Shown one piece after another: positions 16,000 through 23,848 of a DNA stretch of 23,848 nt. A model generated the notes under the pieces. The model saw nothing but the letters and a program-made list of their open reading frames with translations, searched no databases and was not told where the DNA came from. The stretch spans positions 1-23,848 of the forward strand of contig JAAFKJ010000078.1 of the NCBI GenBank assembly GCA_021399395.1. Reading direction: 5' to 3'. The position numbers and the translations under genes are program-made. This DNA comes from Candidatus Heimdallarchaeota archaeon (lineage in GTDB: Archaea > Asgardarchaeota > Heimdallarchaeia > Heimdallarchaeales > Heimdallarchaeaceae). Every line of letters begins with the position of its first letter. The first letter of the stretch is position 1.

Positions 16000-16995
16000 A
16001 TGGACCATGATAATAGAGATGCATACGTTCCTCCAGAACCGAAAACAGACAAAGAGAGTTATAAATTCAAATTGGACGTTCGTTTTCTTGTGAGTAAGTT
16101 CCTCTTTCCCCATTTAAAAAATAGGGGAAAAAGGGAATATGCTGGAATTCTAATCAGAAGAATTTCTACATATCTTGCAATAAGTTATGCAGTATCAATT
16201 TTCTTTGGTGTCGTTCTATATTACTTGGACAACTTATCTGTAATTTCAGGAACTATATGGAACCCAGAAGAAATCTTGTATTTACCGTTCCTATTTCCCT
16301 TTATGACACAAGAAGTTGACGCGTTAATTACAAGTTATATTCTCACTGTTTTTGTACCTTTCTTGATTGCTGCCACGATCTGTGCTCTTATTTGGAGAGA
16401 CGAAGCAAGAGATTTAGTATTGATGTCTTCATTCATTACTTTTGGTCTTTTCATAGCTTTACATATATCACAAGTTATATTTTTTACAACCTTAGCTACA
16501 AGTATTGCTGTCAACATCTCCGATATTTGGTATGTTGCCTTTATTTTTCTGTTCGCTCTCTCATTTATGATTATCAGTGCGTTAGGGGGTTCTATTGGAG
16601 TCAGAATTGGTAAACTTATTACAAATCTATTCTTTTCAAAAAAAGGAGCCAAAATTTCATATTCTCATCTTCTAAATCCTGAGATGCCATTATCTGTAAG
16701 AACAATTTTCGATTTAGATAAACCTGCACCGGGAAGTACAAGACAACATAGTGCAATATCTATGGTTTATTTGCACAATCGTGTAGTAAAATTGTTAAAA
16801 TCCTCACAGAAAAAACATTGCACCTATTTCACAGAAGGGAAATGTGCTTATTTAGGTTATGTGACATCTGTTCATAAATATCAAATCTGTGTTACAGATT
16901 ATTGGCCATTGTGTAAGATATATGCTTTCTTGAGTCAAAGTAAATTCATTCTCAAAGAATCATCAGTAGGTGAAAAAGATAGCAAACAAAATTAG
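16000..16995 (+). CDS. Polytopic membrane protein with C-terminal Cys4 (putative metal-binding) domain
   Basis: About 4 TM segments, then CTYFTEGKC-x14-CVTDYWPLC. AGGTGA RBS overlaps the upstream stop. Confidence 0.75.
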   Translation: MDHDNRDAYVPPEPKTDKESYKFKLDVRFLVSKFLFPHLKNRGKREYAGILIRRISTYLAISYAVSIFFGVVLYYLDNLSVISGTIWNPEEILYLPFLFPFMTQEVDALITSYILTVFVPFLIAATICALIWRDEARDLVLMSSFITFGLFIALHISQVIFFTTLATSIAVNISDIWYVAFIFLFALSFMIISALGGSIGVRIGKLITNLFFSKKGAKISYSHLLNPEMPLSVRTIFDLDKPAPGSTRQHSAISMVYLHNRVVKLLKSSQKKHCTYFTEGKCAYLGYVTSVHKYQICVTDYWPLCKIYAFLSQSKFILKESSVGEKDSKQN

Positions 16996-17764
16996 TAAAC
17001 TCTTCAATATAAGAATCATTCTTCTAATAGCTTGCATTGTTGTCTTTATCTTACTGAATAGTAGTCAGGAAAGTTATGTTCAAATTAGTAATATGACTTC
17101 AACGACGTTAGTTACAACAGATGTTGGGTCAGAAAACTCTACTTATATAGAAACTCAGGAAGACCCTGAAGGTCCAACATTTCCAACCTATACGCCCCCT
17201 GATGGCAATAATGGGAATGGTATTGATGATCAGGATAAACCCACGATACCTTCCCAAACTATCCCTATTATCATTGGTTCAGCTATTGTTATTCTAATTA
17301 TAGTATTAGTACTTCAGAAAAGAAAGACAACCAGAAGTGGTGGTTTTTTCAAACCAAAAGAACAAGTGTCTTCTACAACCGTGAAAAGAAAAAGAGAGAA
17401 ATTTAGAACTCATATCAGCACTCTTATGGAAGTGTTGAATGAGTATCTTGATGAAGGAAAATATGCTGAGGGGATAATTTTTGGTTATCATCAACTGGAT
17501 AATAACATGAAAAGAATTCTTGGAATTCGAAGAGAAACCTATCTGACCCCTAAAGAATTTTCCCAATCAATGGATCTTCCAGAAATTGTTAAACCACTCA
17601 ACCGAATTATAGATGTTTTCTATTTGACAAGATATAGAATTTCTCCTATGAAAAATGAAGATCTGAAAGCATTCATAGAAAATTTACAGACACTTAAAGC
17701 AATGAGTGAATTTGATTCTGATATAAAAATAATCAGAACAGAGCAAGTTGGTGAAGAGAAATGA
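16970..17764 (+). CDS. DUF4129-domain membrane protein
   Basis: Signal/TM, a Thr/Pro/Asn-rich linker and a second TM, then the DUF4129-like pattern GIIFGY...LGIRRETYLTPKEF...IIDVFYLTRY. Sits upstream of DUF4350/MoxR/DUF58, as is typical. Confidence 0.75.
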   Translation: MKKIANKISKLFNIRIILLIACIVVFILLNSSQESYVQISNMTSTTLVTTDVGSENSTYIETQEDPEGPTFPTYTPPDGNNGNGIDDQDKPTIPSQTIPIIIGSAIVILIIVLVLQKRKTTRSGGFFKPKEQVSSTTVKRKREKFRTHISTLMEVLNEYLDEGKYAEGIIFGYHQLDNNMKRILGIRRETYLTPKEFSQSMDLPEIVKPLNRIIDVFYLTRYRISPMKNEDLKAFIENLQTLKAMSEFDSDIKIIRTEQVGEEK

Positions 17765-19053
17765 GCATGAAGGTAAATTTGTTTTCCAGTAAGTATTCGC
17801 CTTTCTTCAAAATGCTTATTCAAACATTGCTTCTTTTTGTTATTTTTACATTGCCCTTAAGTATCAACATAACCAGCACGCCACCTCCATACACGATGAC
17901 CGATACTGGACCAAGTGGGTTGTCAACTTTTGCCAATATGTTGGTTAATGATGGTTATAATGTAACAAGGACCTTACTGTCTACTGAACCGATACAGGAT
18001 TTACCTTCATCTTCAGTTCTTGTTGTAGTTGGAGGTGCTAAGAAATACAGGGACTCAGAAAAGGCTGTGATAGATTCATTTGTGGCTCAAGGCGGTACTT
18101 TACTGCTTTGTGCAAGTGAGGGTGCTTCTTTTGATTTAGCAGAATACCTTGGTTTTTACCTTACTTCTTCCATTCTATTAGATACGGCTGTCTCAAACAC
18201 GACTCCTTCTCCAGATTTATTATTACTAGATTCACCCCTCAATTCAACTGAAACTCTGTGTTTTTTTAGAGCTAAACACATTTCATCAATTGCAACAAGT
18301 TATCATCAATGGCTAATTTTGCCTATTTACACTCCAAATACTACATTCATAGATGAGAATAATGACTATCAATGGAATATGATCCACGAACCTCTTAGAC
18401 CATATATAGTTGCTTCTTTAATAGGTCGAGGACGAGGAAGGATTCTAATTGTTACATCAACGAGTTTCTTAACGAATGACCTTGGAGATTTAGGTTTTAG
18501 TAATATCAATACAACCATCAAGATTCTAGGGAACATAACAGCATCTTCGGAACAAAAATTGGTCTGTTTTGAAGAAAGTCATAAAAGGTGGCCTGTTACC
18601 ACTACCGAAGGTATCATCAATCAAACCTATGGATCTATAATTTTATTGTCAAAAACAAAATTGTTTGTTTTTCTAGTAATAATAATACTATTGCTTTTCT
18701 ACTATTTAACCCCTAGATTTACAGAAACATACAGAAAGAGGGATTCATATAAGAAATTTATATCAGATAGAATGTGGAGTAGGAGACGAGAACTCTATGA
18801 TACATTCGGGACAGCAATTAAACCAACAGTTGAAGAACAATATCTTTCATACCTATATTTTCAGCATGAATTATATCCAGGTAAAGCTTATAATTATTTT
18901 CTAGCAGAGAAATTAAAATTTATCCCTACACAATTAATAAACGAGGAAGAGAGAAAGCTCCTTGAGCTTGCATTAACACGAAAATTAGATCATCAAAGTT
19001 TCCTTTTTCTATTTAAGAAACTGGAAGAAATACAAAAGAGAAAGTTGATGTAA
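17761..19053 (+). CDS. DUF4350 (GldG/glutamine-amidotransferase-like fold) membrane-anchored protein
   Basis: N-terminal TM; PYTMTDTGPSGLSTFANML, FVAQGGTLLL, GRGRILIVTSTSFLTND, VCFEESH; second TM. ATGA overlap with the upstream gene. Confidence 0.78.
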   Translation: MSMKVNLFSSKYSPFFKMLIQTLLLFVIFTLPLSINITSTPPPYTMTDTGPSGLSTFANMLVNDGYNVTRTLLSTEPIQDLPSSSVLVVVGGAKKYRDSEKAVIDSFVAQGGTLLLCASEGASFDLAEYLGFYLTSSILLDTAVSNTTPSPDLLLLDSPLNSTETLCFFRAKHISSIATSYHQWLILPIYTPNTTFIDENNDYQWNMIHEPLRPYIVASLIGRGRGRILIVTSTSFLTNDLGDLGFSNINTTIKILGNITASSEQKLVCFEESHKRWPVTTTEGIINQTYGSIILLSKTKLFVFLVIIILLLFYYLTPRFTETYRKRDSYKKFISDRMWSRRRELYDTFGTAIKPTVEEQYLSYLYFQHELYPGKAYNYFLAEKLKFIPTQLINEEERKLLELALTRKLDHQSFLFLFKKLEEIQKRKLM

Positions 19054-19998
19054 ATGACACAAATACAAGAAACAAAAGAAATATTTGAAAAAATCATGGA
19101 AGAAATGAGAAAGAGAATCGTTGGAAATGATAATGTTATTGAGCTGATGTTTGCTTCGCTTCTAAGTGGAGGACATGTTCTTTTAGAGGGTGTGCCAGGT
19201 ATTGCTAAAACACTTATGGCAAGTACACTCGCAGAAGCAATGAAAGTAGGTTTCAAACGAATACAGTTCACTAGTGATTTGATGCCAGCTGATATAACAG
19301 GAGGGAACATCTATGATAGAGAAACAAGTTCCTTTAATTTCATCGAAGGACCAGTCTTCACCAATATTCTATTAACTGATGAAATCAACAGAAGTCCTCC
19401 AAAAACACAATCTGCTCTTCTTGAGGCAATGCAAGAAAAACAAGTGTCAATTGGTAAAACTACTTACAAACTTCCTGAACCATTTATGGTAATAGCTACA
19501 CAAAATCCAATTGAATCTACAGGTGTTTATCCTTTACCTGAAGCTCAAATTGACCGTTTCTTAGTTAAAATTCCTGTCTATCCTCCAACCTTACATGGGG
19601 AAGTTAAGATGCTTCTAATGAAGAAGGAAAAAATGTTTGCGGATGTAGATGCTATAACAGAGATGGAAACGATACTGAAATTGTCTGCTGAAATAGAAAA
19701 GGATGTAATCATCAGTAACCAGATTATCGAATATATTGCTAAACTAGTTGTTGCTACTCGTTCAATACCCTCCCTTGCTCTTGGTGCAAGTCCAAGAGGA
19801 TCAATTGCCCTCTTGACACTTAGTAGATCTATCGCTGCAATAAGAGGGAGAGATTTTGTTGAACCTGACGACATTAAATCAATTTTCTTCCCTGTAATGA
19901 ATCACAGATTAATTCTGTCTCCTGAAGCAGAAATTGAGCAGATAAGAATAAGAGAGATTATAGAGAACATTCTTGCTGAAGTGGAAGTAGTAATATAA
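19054..19998 (+). CDS. moxR: MoxR-family AAA+ ATPase (MoxR proper type)
   Basis: HVLLEGVPGIAKT, RIQFTSDLMPADITG, LLTDEINRSPPKTQSALLEAMQE, ATQNPIE, YPLPEAQIDRF, GASPR, HRLIL. TAAATG abutment with the upstream stop. Confidence 0.97.
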   Translation: MTQIQETKEIFEKIMEEMRKRIVGNDNVIELMFASLLSGGHVLLEGVPGIAKTLMASTLAEAMKVGFKRIQFTSDLMPADITGGNIYDRETSSFNFIEGPVFTNILLTDEINRSPPKTQSALLEAMQEKQVSIGKTTYKLPEPFMVIATQNPIESTGVYPLPEAQIDRFLVKIPVYPPTLHGEVKMLLMKKEKMFADVDAITEMETILKLSAEIEKDVIISNQIIEYIAKLVVATRSIPSLALGASPRGSIALLTLSRSIAAIRGRDFVEPDDIKSIFFPVMNHRLILSPEAEIEQIRIREIIENILAEVEVVI

Positions 19999-20020
19999 AC
20001 AAATTGCTGAGGAAAATAGA

Positions 20021-21397
20021 ATGCAAGAAGATAAGCACCTTGAACTTACAAAGAATGGGAAAGGCTTCATTTTATTTGGAAGCCTATTTGTTATTGTAGG
20101 TTTAGCTATCGACAATTATCTCTTGATAATTCCTGGTGTTTTCTTCTTATTGGTTATTTCTTCAACATTTGCCAATTTTCTTCTAACACAAAAGGCTGAG
20201 ATAACAACTGAATTAAGAATATCTAAGAATTATATGAGGAGTAGAGGATTGTTAGCTGTATCCGTTAAACTAACAAATAACTCTGATAAACTAGTAAAAT
20301 TAAAAGCAACATTAAGATTCTCATATCATTTCCAAACTGTCGAATTGCCAGAGCAAGTGTTTCTAGAATTAAAGCCTAAAGAAAACAAGAAATTAGTCTG
20401 GATTCTTATAGCAGTTAGAAGAGGAAATGCTGAAGTTGGACCAATTGAATTGGACATTGGCCCCTTTCAATACCTCTTCAAACAAACTAGAATAAAAAAT
20501 CTAGTGGAGTACATTAAGGTCCTACCTCAAAGACCTAGGATAAATATTCCTTGGAAAACAAAGAAAGAACTTCTTCTCAAAATGGTTCATGAATTTGCTA
20601 AAAGAGTTAAGGGGCGAGGTGATGAGTTTTTCGCTCTTAGGGATTATATGCCCGGAGATGAGGTTAAACATATAGACTGGCACGCAACTGCAAGACATGA
20701 TAAGCTTATTACCAAGGAATTTGAAGATGAAAGAAATCTACACTTCTTAATCTATCTAGATTTAGGGAGTACCATGTTTGGACCAAAATTTGAATATGCT
20801 CTTTCTTCAGTTGTTGAACTTTCCTCATTGATACAAGGTACAAATCATGACTTAGCAGTAATAGCCTATGGCGATAATGTAAGCCGTTTCATAGTTCCTC
20901 AAGTAGGAAAGAATGAACTGAAACTGATGCTCAATATTTTTGATGTAGAAGCAACTGGTGTTGAAAGCAATTTCATTAATGCCATTAAATTTACAAAGTC
21001 TAATCGGCTGTTACATTCTATAGCTATAATATTCTCAGACTTAGAAGGAGATCTGAAGAATAAATTCAAAGGTTTACACCTTCTGAAAACAATGGGGAGT
21101 AGAGTTATATTTGTGAACTTTTCTACTATGGGATTCAACATTCTAGCATCACCAGAGTGGGCTATTGATCAAGCACAAAGTATTGAGTATAAAGATATCA
21201 TGGAAAGTGTATTTCCCAGTTTGGTTAAGGACGACTATAAGTCTAGAGAGAAAGAAGTTAGACAAATTCTCTTTTCGGTAGGAGGAGATTTTGTGGAGAT
21301 GAGAGGGTATGAGGATAATATAATCTTGTCTCTTTATAGACTTATGAAAAAATATTCACCTTCTCAAAGGTTGGTACAACAAGCATTGGGGCGATAA
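20021..21397 (+). CDS. DUF58 / vWA-like MoxR partner protein
   Basis: N-terminal TM hairpin and Ig-like region, then the DUF58 signature GRGDEFFALRDYMPGDEVKHIDWHATAR...KEFEDE, degenerate MIDAS YLDLGSTM and IIFSD. Confidence 0.92.
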   Translation: MQEDKHLELTKNGKGFILFGSLFVIVGLAIDNYLLIIPGVFFLLVISSTFANFLLTQKAEITTELRISKNYMRSRGLLAVSVKLTNNSDKLVKLKATLRFSYHFQTVELPEQVFLELKPKENKKLVWILIAVRRGNAEVGPIELDIGPFQYLFKQTRIKNLVEYIKVLPQRPRINIPWKTKKELLLKMVHEFAKRVKGRGDEFFALRDYMPGDEVKHIDWHATARHDKLITKEFEDERNLHFLIYLDLGSTMFGPKFEYALSSVVELSSLIQGTNHDLAVIAYGDNVSRFIVPQVGKNELKLMLNIFDVEATGVESNFINAIKFTKSNRLLHSIAIIFSDLEGDLKNKFKGLHLLKTMGSRVIFVNFSTMGFNILASPEWAIDQAQSIEYKDIMESVFPSLVKDDYKSREKEVRQILFSVGGDFVEMRGYEDNIILSLYRLMKKYSPSQRLVQQALGR

Positions 21398-21399
21398 GT

Positions 21400-22248
21400 A
21401 TGAGATTTAGAGATAGAGTATTCGAAGATGATTGGGAGAAAAAAACAATAGAAACTAGAACTTTTTCTCCAATTCTTCTTGCTCATCATTTCTTTGGAGT
21501 TGCTGCAATAGCAATAATATTACTACAATCTGCAATAAGTTTGAATATCTATGTTTTTACAATTTGGTTGATTCTCGGTCTAATAATATTGTTACTAGAT
21601 TTAACAAGAGGAAATAAATTAACGTTAAGTAGCGAGTTGATATTTGGATTCTTCTTTATTTTGGGAACAGCTCTTTCTCTTCTCTTGGGTAACTTTACTT
21701 CTATGTTTTTCCCAGATTCTCTGGGCAGGATAGAAATTACTCTTTTTCAAGTTTCTGCAGGTATATGTGTTGTTATTCGTTTTATACTCAGCTTATACTT
21801 TATAGAATTCAAAGCAAATGAAGGGTTTCATATTGTCCCCACAAGTATCTATTCACAAGAACAACTGAAACATTATCAAGATAATCTTGTATTGACTGAT
21901 TTTGAAAGAAAGAAGAATGATGAAGATAGGTTTCTAAAGAAATTGGGATTTCTATTACAAAGAATGCTTTGGCCGTCTGTTATTTTATTAATTCTAGTTC
22001 TTATTGCAATTGCATATTCGTTCATGATCTATTTCGTTATTCCAAATGATTCAATAGCTGAGATAGTTGTAAGACCTTCTCTAATTGTAATAGCTATGCT
22101 CTACACTGTTTTATTAATTAGAACACATACCATTTTACCAAAAATTATTGAAAAGCAAAAACCACCAGCTGATAAGGATGAAGAGACTGAAGAAATAGCT
22201 GAAATGGTGTCTGAGGAAGATGAAGAAATTATTAAAGAAAACACGTAA
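21400..22248 (+). CDS. Polytopic membrane protein with acidic C-terminal tail
   Basis: About 6 hydrophobic segments and tail DKDEETEEIAEMVSEEDEE. Starts 2 nt after the DUF58 stop. Confidence 0.8.
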   Translation: MRFRDRVFEDDWEKKTIETRTFSPILLAHHFFGVAAIAIILLQSAISLNIYVFTIWLILGLIILLLDLTRGNKLTLSSELIFGFFFILGTALSLLLGNFTSMFFPDSLGRIEITLFQVSAGICVVIRFILSLYFIEFKANEGFHIVPTSIYSQEQLKHYQDNLVLTDFERKKNDEDRFLKKLGFLLQRMLWPSVILLILVLIAIAYSFMIYFVIPNDSIAEIVVRPSLIVIAMLYTVLLIRTHTILPKIIEKQKPPADKDEETEEIAEMVSEEDEEIIKENT

Positions 22249-22293
22249 TAGCATATAATATTGTGCACTGATTAGACAATACTCTAAAATCTA

Positions 22294-22998
22294 CTATTTC
22301 TGATTTTCCTTTATCTGTTTGAGAGTTTTAGCTCTACCACATGAGTGATCGTTTTCTGGACAATAGCCATAAAATTCACAATATGGTCCCATATCTCGGA
22401 ATATTACGGGTGAAACTTTCTTAACTTCTTTTAACATCTCTTGTGCTAATAATGTTATTTCCAGCTGTGCTCTAGTACATAATCTTCGTACAAAGAAATC
22501 TACTAAAGAATGGGCATTCATAGAAACAATCATTTGGGTTGTAGTTGCGCTAGGCAATACATATCGTGCATCTTCTTTTGGAATACCGTTCTCAACCATT
22601 TTATGATATAGATCATAACTATCTTTCATAGCTTTATCATATTCCTCATTAAAATCAGATTTTTCTATGGATTTAGGTTTAACAGTTGCAAAACTTTTCG
22701 CATCTACATATCGTTGGGATTGTTGTGAATAGCTAGCAATTCTTTTTCGCACTAGCTGGTGACTAGTTACTCTCGAGATTCCTGAAATATGGAAGACATA
22801 GACATTGTGTTCAAGTATCGATAGATGACCATTTTTGACAATTTTACTCAAATATTCATTTGGTTTCTCTTCTGCTTTGTTTCTGATTTCTTCAAAATCA
22901 TGTCCTCCGGAATAGCAGATTGCAGCTGCCATTTTAGCTATAAGATCCGTTTCTGTAGGATAAGAAATAAGCTTAACTTGAATTATTTTCACTTCCAT
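22294..22998 (-). CDS. thyX: FAD-dependent thymidylate synthase ThyX
   Basis: GHLSILEH, ISRVTSHQLVRKRIASYSQQSQRYV, GIPKEDARYVLP, MNAHSL..F...RLCTRAQLEI, C-terminal GPYC..YGYCPE..HSCG. Confidence 0.96.
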   Translation of the reverse strand: MEVKIIQVKLISYPTETDLIAKMAAAICYSGGHDFEEIRNKAEEKPNEYLSKIVKNGHLSILEHNVYVFHISGISRVTSHQLVRKRIASYSQQSQRYVDAKSFATVKPKSIEKSDFNEEYDKAMKDSYDLYHKMVENGIPKEDARYVLPSATTTQMIVSMNAHSLVDFFVRRLCTRAQLEITLLAQEMLKEVKKVSPVIFRDMGPYCEFYGYCPENDHSCGRAKTLKQIKENQK

Positions 22999-23041
22999 AT
23001 TTCCCAGATACTTTGAGTCTGAGTATTAACAACTTGTTTGA

Positions 23042-23058
23042 CAAATACTTAGTATTTG
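23042..23058. promoter_or_regulatory. Perfect palindrome, candidate transcription-factor operator upstream of thyX
   Basis: CAAATACT-T-AGTATTTG (8-bp arms, 1-nt spacer), 44-60 nt upstream of the thyX ATG. Confidence 0.45.
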
Positions 23059-23446
23059 AGTGAATGTATGACATCTCTTCGAAATTTCTTTTGTTGATGA
23101 TATGTTGGTTTATTTGATTGAACATAAAGCCTAATTTTTCAAACTGAAATCATATTCTTTCAAAGATGGTTCATAATTTTAGATATAAGTTGTTTCAATA
23201 ATATAATTAGTAAAATCATTTATTAACTCAAAAATTTTTTAGCTTTATCCTCTGAAAATGCAAGGGATTCTTTGAACTGCATTATGTGGTGTTCTACGAG
23301 ATAATCGCGCAGTTTGACATAAGGATTTTTGGCATTACCATTTTGCAAGAATTTATATCGCAAAAAGTTTTTAGGTATAGTAGAGGTATAAGATTAATTA
23401 GGGTAATAACTGGTACTCTTATATTTTATACATATGAGGAGACACG

Positions 23447-23848
23447 ATGTCAAAAGAAGTCAAACCTAGTCGAGCAAAGAGTTTGAAACAAGGTGTAAAA
23501 CTAAAGACTAAACCTGCGGTAGTTCCAAAAAGAAGGAAGATAAAATCTAAGACAGGAAAAATGCCTATGGCAGCGATGATGCCCAAAGGTATCACCAAAT
23601 GGAATATTATCTTTACAACAATTTTTGGAGCACTTCTTATTGTGACAATTGTTAATAGTTATTTTTATACATTTTTAAGAATCCCACTCCCAGATATTAT
23701 ACTTCAATTTTTAGAACCAGCAATAATGATTGTAGAAGTATTCATTGTTTTAGTAGCTTTTGAAGCAAAAGCATTCAAGTTTCCAAAAATTCATACAAGA
23801 CACAGTGTAAAAAGAATTCTGATTACAGGATTTATTCTTGGAACATTA
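23447..23848 (+). CDS. Membrane protein with basic N-terminal tail, 3' end runs off the window
   Basis: Not in the ORF track. Open from ATG 23447 (GAGGAG RBS at 23436-23441) to the window end: MSKEVKPSRAKSLKQGVKLKTKPAVVPKRRKIKSKTGK...WNIIFTTIFGALLIVTIVNSYFY...AIMIVEVFIVLVAF...ILITGFILGTL. Confidence 0.8.
   Translation, partial: MSKEVKPSRAKSLKQGVKLKTKPAVVPKRRKIKSKTGKMPMAAMMPKGITKWNIIFTTIFGALLIVTIVNSYFYTFLRIPLPDIILQFLEPAIMIVEVFIVLVAFEAKAFKFPKIHTRHSVKRILITGFILGTL

Noticed and set aside
22259-22281. TATTGT...ACAATA inverted repeat between the convergent genes
   Set aside because: A 6-bp AT-rich stem is too weak to call as a terminator.
439-23016. Short ORFs antisense to or nested in real genes (439-621, 1760-2005, 1966-2208, 2814-3026, 4852-5112, 7612-7824, 8543-8737, 9154-9438, 11786-12037, 13873-14082, 15496-15837, 15880-16113, 16335-16652, 16392-16613, 17306-17566, 17620-17823, 18993-19310, 19578-19874, 19909-20115, 20899-21141, 22825-23016)
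   Set aside because: They overlap well-supported genes, have no recognisable motifs and show typical shadow-frame composition.
23286-23486. 66-aa plus-strand ORF
   Set aside because: No motif or clear RBS. It spans the promoter/RBS and overlaps the start of the better-supported gene at 23447.
1-23848. Selenocysteine/pyrrolysine recoding, inteins, tRNA/rRNA, CRISPR arrays, transposases
   Set aside because: The recognised proteins appear full length with stops at expected positions, and none has an intein-sized insertion. No GC-rich structural RNA, regular repeat-spacer array or transposase motif was seen by eye; a covariance-model search could still find small RNAs.

Overview
AT-rich, gene-dense archaeal chromosomal window: TATA-box promoters, T-tract terminators, GGAG/GGTG ribosome-binding sites, archaeal FEN1, Cdc48 and CofE. 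It also carries eukaryotic-signature genes (roadblock + MglA-type GTPase, longin-like protein + Rab-like GTPase, SNAP/TPR-like protein), so an Asgard archaeon is inferred, possibly Heimdallarchaeia. Housekeeping genes are pcm, fen1, a Trm11-like methyltransferase, cdc48, an FrhB/FpoF-like protein, cofE and thyX. Three things stand out. (1) A cdc48-longin-Rab cluster is followed by an apparently separately transcribed chimeric gene, in which a zinc ribbon is fused at 'CGNK' to a 71%-identical, synonymously diverged copy of only the G4-G5 C-terminal third of the Rab. (2) A tightly coupled 7-gene membrane operon places a PrsW-type intramembrane protease with zinc ribbons and a Cys4 membrane protein ahead of a DUF4129-DUF4350-MoxR-DUF58 module. 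(3) A 4xCBS + HPF/RaiA-like protein is a candidate energy-sensing ribosome hibernation factor. No rRNA, tRNA, CRISPR array or mobile element was recognised. All family calls come from motif recognition by eye, not from database searches.
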